Under the pieces are notes generated by a model that saw only the letters and a program-made list of their open reading frames with translations, had not been told where the DNA came from and searched no databases. The translations under genes and the position numbers were made by a program. Below, piece by piece: positions 1 through 7,989 of a stretch of 12,090 nt of DNA. Every line of letters begins with the position of its first letter. Within the stretch, counting starts at the first letter, position 1. The DNA comes from a virus (lineage: Duplodnaviria > Heunggongvirae > Uroviricota > Caudoviricetes), in IMG/VR virus record IMGVR_UViG_2778261395_000003; one strand, 5' to 3'.

Positions 1-318
1 ATGAAAAAGATAGCTGCTATATCATTAATTAGTATTTTTATTATGTCTGGTTGTGCTGTGCATAATGATGAGACAAGTATCGGTAAATTTGGTCTTGCAT
101 ATAAAAGTAATATTCAGCGTAAACTCGATAACCAATACTACACCGAAGCCGAAGCTTCTTTAGCCAGGGGTAGAATATCTGGTGCAGAAAATATAGTAAA
201 AAATGATGCAACTCATTTCTGTGTTACTCAGGGCAAAAAAATGCAAATAGTTGAGCTGAAGACAGAAGGTGTAGGATTACATGGTGTCGCTCGTCTGACA
301 TTCAAATGTGGAGAGTGA
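1..318 (+). CDS. yegR: Small lipoprotein (105 aa), host flanking gene, YegR-like
   Basis: Complete ORF with ATG at 1. N-terminal hydrophobic signal followed by lipobox-like M-S-G-C. Size and position next to the P2 remnant and yegQ match what I recall of E. coli yegR. GC content is host-like. Confidence 0.6.
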   Translation: MKKIAAISLISIFIMSGCAVHNDETSIGKFGLAYKSNIQRKLDNQYYTEAEASLARGRISGAENIVKNDATHFCVTQGKKMQIVELKTEGVGLHGVARLTFKCGE

Positions 319-477
319 GAATATTTTTTGGTAAGCGTCAAATATGCGCGTTCTGGCTGTGCGTAGCCGGAACCTGTGGGAGCACGATGCCGATAAGTGA
401 AAGGCATCGTGCTATGAAGGAGGATTCTATCGATGTGGTCAATGGAAGACGGTTACCAGAGATAGGGCTTATGCATA

Positions 478-504
478 AAAAAATAAGCCCGTGTAAGGGA
501 GATT
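478..504. repeat. attL core: 27-bp direct repeat AAAAAATAAGCCCGTGTAAGGGAGATT, identical to 10558-10584
   Basis: Exact 27-bp identity seen at both ends of the element. It lies immediately beyond the 3' end of the int gene, as expected for a P2-type attachment site. The length matches the 27-bp P2 core as I recall it. Confidence 0.75.
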
Positions 505-583
505 TAGGGTGTCACCAGTAGGGGCTTTCAACGGTACAATGCGGGTTTGAGCGGCATAAATTACCACTGAAAGCCCTTAAACG

Positions 584-1597
584 TTACTCTACTGTGGACA
601 CTGTGTGGACACTCTCGACCTCAGTACCACCTCTTAGCGGATTAAGAGAAATGGCGTCCTGAAGGTACTCTGGCGCAAAATGAGCGTAAACCATAGTTTG
701 CTCAATCCGCGTGTGACCTAGTATCCGTTGTAGCGTGATAATACTTCCTCCATTAATCATGAAATGAGTGGCAAAGCTGTGCCTTAGTGCATGTGTAGCT
801 TGCCCCATTGGCAAATCCGGTTTTATTGCTTTCATTGTTCGTCTGAAGCGAGGGTAATCAGCATCAGGGAATAAAAAACCTCGTTTGTTATCCGCGATCA
901 TTTTGGCAACAGCCTCTGAGATCGGGACGGTGCGTGGTTTGTTTGTTTTCGTTTTAACAAACGTGACGCGGTTATGGATGATATTTTCTGCTTTCAAACG
1001 AGCAGCTTCTCCCCAACGTGCTCCAGTACTCAGGCAAAGAATCGCAATCTTTTTGTTGTCGCCGTCAAGAGCAGCAAGCAGTAAGGCAATTTCTTCCTGC
1101 GTGAGATAGCCTGTGTCTGGTTTTTCCTCCTTAAGCCTTTTTGTCCCTCTGATAGGGTGCTCACCAAAGAATAACTCCGCTTCAATCAGGGCTGTAAACA
1201 TGCCGCTAATACATGTTAAATCACGATTGATACTCGAAGGTTTAATACCCTGACTTCTTCGGGTGGCGCAGTACTGGCTGATAAGCGATTTCGTAATTTG
1301 AAATGCGCATGGGTCATTCGTTATTTTTGTGAAGATTTCAATTTTTCCAAGATTAGATTTCCCATGCTCTTCGTGTTTACCCTTTAAATCCCACCAGATC
1401 TGTGTCAGCTCCGACAGACGTCGCTTGTCTGTTGGTTTTGATAGCCATTCTTTATTGTGGTGGTTGTACAACGTGTATTTCTCGAAAGCGACAGCTTCGC
1501 TTTTCTTATCAAACTTCCTACGGATGCGTTTTCCATTACGTCCAGTAGGGCGGATGTCCACTTCATATCGACCATCATCGAGTTTTTTGATTGCCAT
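584..1597 (-). CDS. int: Tyrosine integrase, P2 Int-like (337 aa)
   Basis: 337 aa, the size of P2 Int. C-terminal catalytic region contains R...HxLRHSFAT...LGH...Y (ATHALRHSFATHF, ILGHTRIEQTMVYAHF). GGAGGG Shine-Dalgarno upstream of the ATG. Sits adjacent to the att core and is co-oriented with the C repressor gene. Confidence 0.9.
   Translation of the reverse strand: MAIKKLDDGRYEVDIRPTGRNGKRIRRKFDKKSEAVAFEKYTLYNHHNKEWLSKPTDKRRLSELTQIWWDLKGKHEEHGKSNLGKIEIFTKITNDPCAFQITKSLISQYCATRRSQGIKPSSINRDLTCISGMFTALIEAELFFGEHPIRGTKRLKEEKPDTGYLTQEEIALLLAALDGDNKKIAILCLSTGARWGEAARLKAENIIHNRVTFVKTKTNKPRTVPISEAVAKMIADNKRGFLFPDADYPRFRRTMKAIKPDLPMGQATHALRHSFATHFMINGGSIITLQRILGHTRIEQTMVYAHFAPEYLQDAISLNPLRGGTEVESVHTVSTVE
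593..611. promoter_or_regulatory. Putative Int arm-type binding sites (P-prime arm): two direct TGTGGACA repeats 11 bp apart, inside the 3' end of int
   Basis: TGTGGACA at 593-600 and 604-611. A similar pair with the same spacing sits in the opposite arm at 10499-10517. The motif matches my recollection of the P2 Int arm-site consensus. Confidence 0.45.
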
Positions 1598-1712
1598 CAG
1601 AAAACCCTCCGAGTGGTGTGTTTTTTTGCGACTACTAATCGCTTTTTTCGTGGTGGCTGAAATTTAGCCACCAATAGTAGGCACTTGTGATGAATATATT
1701 CACGATGAATTG

Positions 1713-2012
1713 TTAACCAGTCTTTTGACCGGAGTGGGGCGACGTTGTTTCGTTTTGCCCAAAGTGTGCGAGAGCGGGCGCAATTTGCCCGGACTCAGGA
1801 GCGATCTGATTGGTCATGAACCATAAAGTGTATTTGGTGAATTGTGGGGTCTGCAGGATGTTCATCATGACATCTGTTGGAGGTGTTGAACGACCACTTT
1901 CATAGTAACTCAGCGTGCCATACGGAACCCCTGTTAAATCAGCAAGTTGTTGTCTGCTCAAATACTCTGATTTTCGCATTAAGACTATCTTCTCGCTTAT
2001 CGTGTTTGACAT
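1713..2012 (-). CDS. C: Immunity repressor, P2 C-like (99 aa)
   Basis: 99 aa, the size of P2 C. Divergent from cox across a 114-bp switch region carrying direct repeats. The N-terminal segment QQLADLTGVPYGTLSYYESG looks like a helix-turn-helix. Confidence 0.85.
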   Translation of the reverse strand: MSNTISEKIVLMRKSEYLSRQQLADLTGVPYGTLSYYESGRSTPPTDVMMNILQTPQFTKYTLWFMTNQIAPESGQIAPALAHFGQNETTSPHSGQKTG

Positions 2013-2046
2013 GGTGTTTAGATCTCAATAGTATTTAGTTTAGATG
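2006..2046 (+). promoter_or_regulatory. Early promoter Pe with flanking C-repressor operator half-sites (O1/O2)
   Basis: TTGACA (2006-2011) and TAGTAT (2029-2034) are separated by 17 bp. The direct repeat TTTAGAT at 2017-2023 and 2039-2045 (22 bp centre to centre) flanks the -10. A perfect TATAAT on the minus strand at 2084-2089 would give a convergent Pc with about 35 nt of transcript overlap. Confidence 0.6.
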
Positions 2047-2126
2047 TAGATTGTTTAGTGCTTGGATGTGGGCACTAAAAGGCATTATAAGACATTAAAC
2101 GCAATTCATGAGGGCTAGAGGACGAC

Positions 2127-2402
2127 ATGAGCAAGCAAGTAACACTCATGACTGATGCGATTCCTTATCAGGAGTTCGCAAAACTAATAGGAAAATCGAC
2201 AGGAGCGGTTCGTCGGATGATCGATAAAGGAAAGCTGCCTGTAATTGATATGACCGATCCACAATCAGCTTCAGGTCGTGCAGGTGAATATTGGGTATAC
2301 CTTCCGGCATGGAATAACGGACTAAAACTGGCTTATGAAAGCCGCCCTAAAGAGATTCGTGACGGCTGGTTGATGTGGTTAGGTCTCGGTGAACCACGTT
2401 AA
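2127..2402 (+). CDS. cox: Cox-like excisionase / Pc repressor (91 aa)
   Basis: 91 aa, the size of P2 Cox. First gene of the rightward early operon, with a GAGG ribosome-binding site. Confidence 0.8.
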   Translation: MSKQVTLMTDAIPYQEFAKLIGKSTGAVRRMIDKGKLPVIDMTDPQSASGRAGEYWVYLPAWNNGLKLAYESRPKEIRDGWLMWLGLGEPR

Positions 2403-2412
2403 GGAGAACCGT

Positions 2413-2583
2413 ATGAATGAGCCTCGTTGTATTGCTCAGTTACTGCGTAACGAAAGCCCCAGGGCGATTGACTTCACCATCACCCACGGTAAGGGGCGTA
2501 AGGGAATCATTATCCGCACCAAAAAACAGAGTCCGTTAAAAAAGGCTCTGACCTTTCTGAAAAGCCGGAGGGTATGGAAATGA
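2413..2583 (+). CDS. Small basic hypothetical protein in the P2 orf78 position (56 aa)
   Basis: ATG at 2413 is preceded by AAGGAG (2401-2406) at ideal spacing. The longer track ORF starting at 2389 has no ribosome-binding site. Lys/Arg-rich. Confidence 0.55.
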   Translation: MNEPRCIAQLLRNESPRAIDFTITHGKGRKGIIIRTKKQSPLKKALTFLKSRRVWK

Positions 2584-3080
2584 CAGTGATGACGCTCAAT
2601 CTCGTTGAAAAACAGCCAGCAGCTATGCGCCGGATAATTGGCAAGCATCTTGCCGTCCCTCGCTGGCAGGATACATGTGATTATTATAATCAGATGATGG
2701 AGCGCGAACGGCTAACGGTTTGCTTTCATGCACAGTTAAAACAGCGTCACGCAACGATGCGTTTTGAAGAAATGAACGACGTCGAACGTGAACGACTGGT
2801 TTGTGCAATTGATGAATTGCGTGGCGCATTCTCAAAACGCCGTCAGGTTGGTGCAAGTGAGTATGCATATATTAGTTTTTTAACAGTCAGTCAGCGTCGC
2901 ACTTTATTTATGCACGCACGACTGACTGAAAAAGAATTCAACCAGCCATACTGGCGAATTAATGAAGAATCATGTTACTGGCGTGATGCTTTGTTCCGTG
3001 CATTACGTGAATTATTCAGCATGTTTGAGTATGCACCGACAATTCTGACGTCGGTAAAACCAGAGCAATATCTGCATTAA
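2580..3080 (+). CDS. B: Replication protein B-like (166 aa from ATG 2580)
   Basis: Position between cox and A. 166 aa from the ATG at 2580, the size of P2 B. GGAGG at 2566-2570 favours 2580 over 2574. Confidence 0.75.
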   Translation: MTVMTLNLVEKQPAAMRRIIGKHLAVPRWQDTCDYYNQMMERERLTVCFHAQLKQRHATMRFEEMNDVERERLVCAIDELRGAFSKRRQVGASEYAYISFLTVSQRRTLFMHARLTEKEFNQPYWRINEESCYWRDALFRALRELFSMFEYAPTILTSVKPEQYLH

Positions 3081-3143
3081 ATAATTAACCAGAGTTTTTA
3101 ACGCACTTAATCGTGCGGGGCTTCTTTTTGCCTGGAGAAAGTC

Positions 3144-3368
3144 ATGCATACAGTTTCTGAAAATCAGTGCGGTATATACGCATTACTGCTGCAACAGGCC
3201 AGAACCGAAGCACAGGCCGACGCTGCGACGCGCTTTTCTTCTCATCTTGACGCCATGATTCGCCACATCACAAAGGCGGAGTTATCCCGCGTGGAGATAG
3301 TCGAGCTGCTCAGTCAGGAGTCGGAAAAATTTCACAATATCGGATTGTCTCGCGGGGAGGTGCTTTGA
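3144..3368 (+). CDS. Hypothetical early protein (74 aa), P2 orf80 position
   Basis: ORF with GGAGAAA ribosome-binding site. First of four tightly packed, overlapping small ORFs between B and A. Confidence 0.55.
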
Positions 3369-3670
3369 TGTCCTGTTCTCGTTCAGTTGTATTACTGAAT
3401 AACGCCTTAAAAATCGCCGTTATGAAAAATGGCGATTTATCTCTTATTCAACTTGGTCTTGATAAAGAAAAACGCGAAATAACTGAGTCTGTTATCGCGA
3501 TTTATCAGAACGAATTAAATCTCCTGTCTGATGTGGTCAATTTACTTGTTAAACGCGCTGTATTTCACAAGCAAATCTCCTCCGTGGATGAACTGACGAA
3601 GTTAACGACAGAAATTGCCAGCTATTGCGCTGATGAATTTAAGAAACTGAACGACAAAAGGAACTGGTAA
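3368..3670 (+). CDS. Hypothetical early protein (100 aa), P2 orf81 position
   Basis: ATG at 3368 overlaps the upstream TGA (TGATG), with GGGGAGG 9 nt upstream. The track's TTG start at 3365 is less likely. Confidence 0.55.
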   Translation: MSCSRSVVLLNNALKIAVMKNGDLSLIQLGLDKEKREITESVIAIYQNELNLLSDVVNLLVKRAVFHKQISSVDELTKLTTEIASYCADEFKKLNDKRNW

Positions 3671-3894
3671 TGCCGGACAACGTAGATTTCATTCAGGAAC
3701 AACAGGCTGAATTACTGGAGCGCCAGATTAACGCGGCAAGGGTAAAACATAGCGGTGTTTCTGCGCTGGTTTGCGAAGAGTGTGACGCGCTAATACCTGC
3801 TGCCCGTCGTGCGGCTTATCCGTCAGCCACGCGTTGTGTTTCCTGTCAGTCAGTCTTTGAAGCAAAAAACAAACATTACCGGAGAACGGCATGA
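3670..3894 (+). CDS. DksA/TraR-type C4 zinc-finger protein (74 aa), P2 orf82 position
   Basis: CEEC-x17-CVSC (C-x2-C-x17-C-x2-C) is the spacing of the zf-dksA/traR family. Start overlaps the upstream stop (TAATG). Confidence 0.6.
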   Translation: MPDNVDFIQEQQAELLERQINAARVKHSGVSALVCEECDALIPAARRAAYPSATRCVSCQSVFEAKNKHYRRTA

Positions 3895-4166
3895 GTATTC
3901 GTATTGAAATTGGCGAACGTTATGTCGTTACCAGTGACAGCTTTCAGTTTATTCTCCACGAGAAAAAGAGAGCGGAAAGCGGTAAAAACGCCGGTCAGGA
4001 ATGGCTGGCGGTGGTTGGTTATTACCCGAAATTAAGCCAGCTCGTTTCCGGCCTGATGCATCACGATATTCTGACCGGAAGCGCAAAGTCTTTTGCTGAT
4101 TTAAACGCGCAGGTTGAGCAACTCAGCAGGCGTTGTTCAGAGGCTTTGGGCTCATATGGCCGTTAA
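3891..4166 (+). CDS. Hypothetical early protein (91 aa), P2 orf83 position
   Basis: ATGA overlap with the upstream gene. Its end overlaps the A start, indicating translational coupling. Confidence 0.55.
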   Translation: MSIRIEIGERYVVTSDSFQFILHEKKRAESGKNAGQEWLAVVGYYPKLSQLVSGLMHHDILTGSAKSFADLNAQVEQLSRRCSEALGSYGR

Positions 4167-6423
4167 AGCCTCCGGGCGTTTTGTCCCTCCGTCAGCATTT
4201 GCCGCAGGCATCGGTAAGACGTTTACCGGTGCTTATGCATGGAACGCGCCACGCGAGGCTGTCGGGCGCGAAAGACCCCTTACACGTGACGAGATGCGTC
4301 AGGTGCAAGGTGTTTTATCCACGATTAACCGCCTGCCTTACTTTTTGCGCTCGCTGTTTACTTCACGCTATGACTACATCCGGCGCAATAAAAGCCCGGT
4401 GCACGGGTTTTATTTCCTCACATCCACTTTTCAGCGTCGTTTATGGCCGCGCATTGAGCGTGTGAATCAGCGCCATGAAATGAACACCGACGCGTCGTTG
4501 CTGTTTCTGGCAGAGCGTGACCACTATGCGCGCCTGCCGGGAATGAATGACAAGGAGCTGAAAAAGTTTGCTGCCCGTATCTCATCGCAGCTATTCATGA
4601 TGTATGAGGAACTCTGCGATGCCTGGGTGGATGCGCATGGCGAAAAAGAATCACTGTTTACGGATGAGGCGCAGGCGCATCTGTATGGTCATGTTGCTGG
4701 CGCTGCGCGTGCTTTCAATATTTCTCCACTTTTCTGGAAAAAATACCGTAAAGGACAGATGACCACGAGGCAGGCATATTCTGCCATTGCCCGTCTGTTT
4801 AACGATGAGTGGTGGATTAATCAGCTTAAAGGCCAGCGTATGCGCTGGCATGAGGCATTACTGATTGCTGTCGGGGAGGTGAATAAAGACCGTTCTCCTT
4901 ATGCCAGTAAACATGCCATTCGTGATGTACGTGCACGCCGCCAGGCAAATCTGGAGTTTCTTAAATCGTGTGATCTCGAAAACAAGGAAACCGGCGAACG
5001 CATTGACCTTATCAGTAAGGTGATGGGAAGCATTTCTAATCCTGAAATTCGCCGTATGGAACTGATGAACACCATCGCCGGTATTGAGCGTTACGCCGCC
5101 GCAGAGGGTGATGTGGGGATGTTTATCACGCTGACCACGCCGTCAAAGTATCACCCGACACGTCAGGTCAGAAAAGGCGAAAGTAAAACCGTCCAGCTAA
5201 ATCACGGCTGGAACGATGAGGCATTTAATCCAAAGGATGCGCAGCGTTATCTCTGCCGTATCTGGAGCCTGATACGCACGGCATTCAAGGATAATGATTT
5301 ACAGGCCTACGGTTTGCGTGTTGTTGAACCACACCACGACGGAACGCCGCACTGGCATATGATGCTTTTTTGTAATCCACGCCAGCGTAACCAGATTATT
5401 GAAATCATGCGTCGCTATGCGCTCAAAGAGGATGGCGACGAAAGAGGAGCCGCGCGAAACCGTTTTCAGGCAAAACATCTTAACCGGGGCGGTGCTGCGG
5501 GGTATATCGCAAAATACATCTCAAAAAACATCGATGGCTATGCACTGGATGGTCAGCTCGATAATGATACCGGCAGGCCGCTGAAAGATACTGCTGCGGC
5601 TGTTACCGCATGGGCGTCAACGTGGCGAATTCCGCAATTTAAAACGATTGGCCTGCCGACAATGGGGGCTTACCGTGAACTACGCAAATTGCCTCGCGGC
5701 GTCAGTATTGCTGATGAGTTTGACGAACGCGTCGAGGCTGCTCGCGCTGCCGCAGACAGTGGTGATTTTGCGTTGTATATCAGCGCGCAGGGTGGGGCAA
5801 ATGTCCCGCGCGATTGTCAGACTGTCAGGGTTGCCCGTAGCCCGTCGGATGACGTTAACGAGTACGAGGAAGAAGTCGAGAGAGTGGTCGGCATTTACGC
5901 GCCGCATCTCGGCGCGCGTCATATTCATATCACCAGAACGACGGACTGGCGCATTGTGCCGAAAGTTCCGGTCGTTGAGCCTTTGACTTTAAAAAGCGGC
6001 ATCGCCGCGCCTCGGAGTCCTGTCAATAACTGTGGAAAGGTCACCGGTTGTGATACTTCGTTACCGGCTCCCACACCTTCTGAGCACGCCGCAGCAGTGC
6101 TTAATCTGGTTGATGACGGTGTTATCGAATGGAATGACCCGGAGGTTGTGAGGGCGCTCAGGGGCGCATTAAAACACGGCCTGAGAACGCCAAATCGTCA
6201 GCAAAGAAACGGAAGCTCGTTAAAACCACATGAAATTGCACCATCGGCCAGACTGACCCGGTCGGAAAGAATGCAAATTACCCGTATCCGCGTTGACCTT
6301 GCTCAGAACGGTATCAGGCCGCAGCGATGGGAGCTTGAGGCGTTGGCGCGCGGGGCAACAGTAATTTATGACGGTGAGCGGTTTAGTTATGCTGTAAAAG
6401 ACGATTGGGTGATGTTTTCTTAA
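4156..6423 (+). CDS. A: Rolling-circle replication initiator, P2 gpA / phiX174 gpA superfamily
   Basis: HUH motif H-W-H-M-M-L at 5350-5367. Paired catalytic tyrosines in Y-I-A-K-Y-I-S-K (Y codons at 5503-5505 and 5515-5517), resembling the phiX174 A active site. Start placed at ATG 4156; the track's TTG at 4114 has no spacer after its Shine-Dalgarno-like sequence. Confidence 0.9.
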   Translation: MAVKASGRFVPPSAFAAGIGKTFTGAYAWNAPREAVGRERPLTRDEMRQVQGVLSTINRLPYFLRSLFTSRYDYIRRNKSPVHGFYFLTSTFQRRLWPRIERVNQRHEMNTDASLLFLAERDHYARLPGMNDKELKKFAARISSQLFMMYEELCDAWVDAHGEKESLFTDEAQAHLYGHVAGAARAFNISPLFWKKYRKGQMTTRQAYSAIARLFNDEWWINQLKGQRMRWHEALLIAVGEVNKDRSPYASKHAIRDVRARRQANLEFLKSCDLENKETGERIDLISKVMGSISNPEIRRMELMNTIAGIERYAAAEGDVGMFITLTTPSKYHPTRQVRKGESKTVQLNHGWNDEAFNPKDAQRYLCRIWSLIRTAFKDNDLQAYGLRVVEPHHDGTPHWHMMLFCNPRQRNQIIEIMRRYALKEDGDERGAARNRFQAKHLNRGGAAGYIAKYISKNIDGYALDGQLDNDTGRPLKDTAAAVTAWASTWRIPQFKTIGLPTMGAYRELRKLPRGVSIADEFDERVEAARAAADSGDFALYISAQGGANVPRDCQTVRVARSPSDDVNEYEEEVERVVGIYAPHLGARHIHITRTTDWRIVPKVPVVEPLTLKSGIAAPRSPVNNCGKVTGCDTSLPAPTPSEHAAAVLNLVDDGVIEWNDPEVVRALRGALKHGLRTPNRQQRNGSSLKPHEIAPSARLTRSERMQITRIRVDLAQNGIRPQRWELEALARGATVIYDGERFSYAVKDDWVMFS

Positions 6424-6506
6424 ACTGATGGCATCATGATACATTAACAAATCTGAAGCAATGCTTTAGTAGTCGTGCATTAATAACTTATAAGGAATTA
6501 TTATCG

Positions 6507-7829
6507 ATGAGTGCGTTAAGGGATGAAGTATCTATGAAGGTTGCGTTCTCTAATGGCATGATAAACAAATTATGCAAAAGTTTTTTTTATAGTCATGGTA
6601 AGGAGCAGCCTTGTATCCAAGTCGGTAAAGCATTAGAAGATTTTGTTTTTTGGCTTGCATATAATGATGAGGAGATTGCAAAATGTGCTAGTAGGTTATT
6701 AAAAGCATATGGCCCCCAATTAGGTATAAGTGACCTTCACAATGCGAAAAGATTATTGTTAGGTTTTTGTTCTGAAGCCTTCAATCGCATTGATGCTGAT
6801 TTTCTGTCGCTTAATCCTGATAAGATTTGTGTTGATGATATTATAACGCAAGTTCATAGAAAAAATCTTAGTGAGATGTTTAAGTATTATATACTTTCAC
6901 GAATAAAATCCTGTCCGTATATTTATAATCTTGGGTGTGCTGGCTTTGATGGGAAGCTTGAGCTTAGAGAAAATTTATTTTTATATGGCCCGGGGCTAGG
7001 GGTGGAATTAATTTCTGATATTAAAGACAAAACTGACATCAAGGTTCCTGTTGATTTTTATGATGATGAATATATGCGGCATAAACCAATTGGGAAATAT
7101 TTTCGACAGTCAAAATCCTGCTTGGTGGTGGCATATGCTTCATCAGAGGATAAAGCGGTGAAAATGTTTGATAGTTTGTTTGGAGCTTTATGTCTTGCGG
7201 TTGATAATCCTTTTGCGATTAATCGAGTTGCTGTTAATAATCTAGTTGAGTCTTTTGGTGTCGGGAAATATCATGAAAGTGAGTTTCGGGTGAATATTCC
7301 GTCTGTATATAATTTAAATATAACGGATTCAGCCTTGGCGATACTTACAAAAATACTTTCATCACCTGATAAAAGGATGTTGTCTGCTCTTTCCTTTATA
7401 GCGCACGGGTGGAGGGATGACAAACGTGAAAGGTTTTTGAATCAATTTATAGCATTGGATGCTATGTATGGAACCAATAATGGTAATAAAAATTCAATTA
7501 TTGGCGGTGTTTGCAGAGATGCGGCGAAAATTATTGATATTGATTCAAAAATAGGAATAATCTATGAGCTTAGGTGTAAGTTTGTTCATGGAGATATTTC
7601 ATCGTTATCTGATAATGATAGCTATCGAAAGTTTATTGATAGCTATGGCGTGGACCCTATTGTTTCTCTTTTTGAAATTCTTAAAGAATGCGTCCTTAAT
7701 TATAATGGTACTTACAAAACGCCAAAAGATGTTGGAAAGGCAGATAGGTCTATTTGCGTTCCTGCTGAGTTGCTTCCAGCGGTTGAGAGGATGATAGCGG
7801 AATACAGTGGAGTTAAAAAAACAAACTAA
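6507..7829 (+). CDS. AT-rich orphan cargo protein (440 aa); candidate defence or abortive-infection effector with an R-x4-H motif
   Basis: Long ORF with AAGGAA ribosome-binding site 9 nt upstream. GC is about 25-35 percent against about 55 percent in the adjacent A gene. Occupies the A-to-cos slot. No Walker A motif. C-terminal YELRCKFVHGD contains R-x4-H (R codon 7572-7574, H codon 7587-7589). Confidence 0.75.
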   Translation: MSALRDEVSMKVAFSNGMINKLCKSFFYSHGKEQPCIQVGKALEDFVFWLAYNDEEIAKCASRLLKAYGPQLGISDLHNAKRLLLGFCSEAFNRIDADFLSLNPDKICVDDIITQVHRKNLSEMFKYYILSRIKSCPYIYNLGCAGFDGKLELRENLFLYGPGLGVELISDIKDKTDIKVPVDFYDDEYMRHKPIGKYFRQSKSCLVVAYASSEDKAVKMFDSLFGALCLAVDNPFAINRVAVNNLVESFGVGKYHESEFRVNIPSVYNLNITDSALAILTKILSSPDKRMLSALSFIAHGWRDDKRERFLNQFIALDAMYGTNNGNKNSIIGGVCRDAAKIIDIDSKIGIIYELRCKFVHGDISSLSDNDSYRKFIDSYGVDPIVSLFEILKECVLNYNGTYKTPKDVGKADRSICVPAELLPAVERMIAEYSGVKKTN

Positions 7830-7970
7830 AGATGTTCTTTTTAGCCTCGCCTGCATTAGGTGCATAAATTTGCATTCATTTTCAAATATATCTTTTGACA
7901 GCGAGCACCAGAACAGGCGCTTGCCGGGGGGATGATGCACCTGCATTAAAACCGCCCCATGAAGCGGGCG

Positions 7971-7989
7971 GGCGAGGCGGGGAAAGCAC
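7971..7989. other. cos site: 19-nt P2/P4-type cohesive-end sequence GGCGAGGCGGGGAAAGCAC
   Basis: Exact match to the P2/P4 cohesive-end sequence as I recall it. It sits in a GC-rich non-coding island (about 7895-8040) between two AT-rich blocks, at the position expected between the A side and Q. Confidence 0.65.

Noticed and set aside
306-521. 71-aa ORF in the yegR-to-attL intergenic region
   Set aside because: It spans a perfect hairpin and both att repeat blocks and has no convincing ribosome-binding site. It is more likely non-coding att-flank sequence.
885-1667. Plus-strand ORFs of 74, 112 and 67 aa inside the int gene
   Set aside because: They are antisense to the well-supported integrase ORF and have low-complexity translations.
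2436-2868. Minus-strand ORFs of 70 and 81 aa overlapping orf78 and B
   Set aside because: They are antisense to the syntenic early-operon genes.
3101-3129. Weak hairpin plus T-tract after B as a terminator
   Set aside because: The stem is only 5 bp and the next gene follows within the same operon. At most it is a weak attenuator, too uncertain to list as a feature.
584-6423. P4-like satellite (integrase plus primase)
   Set aside because: The large protein has HUH and paired-tyrosine rolling-circle motifs and no primase-helicase Walker motifs. Together with C, cox, B and ogr, the backbone is P2-type rather than P4-type.
4133-6450. Six nested or antisense ORFs of 61-112 aa inside the A gene (4133-4465, 4651-4851, 5399-5584, 5648-5986, 5680-5928, 6220-6450)
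   Set aside because: All lie within the 755-aa rolling-circle initiator ORF, which has clear catalytic motifs. They are expected chance ORFs in GC-rich coding DNA.
7564-7946. ORFs of 76 aa (+) and 113 aa (-) at the 3' end of the 440-aa cargo gene
   Set aside because: They are out of frame or antisense to the long ORF. The minus-strand one runs into the non-coding cos-proximal region.
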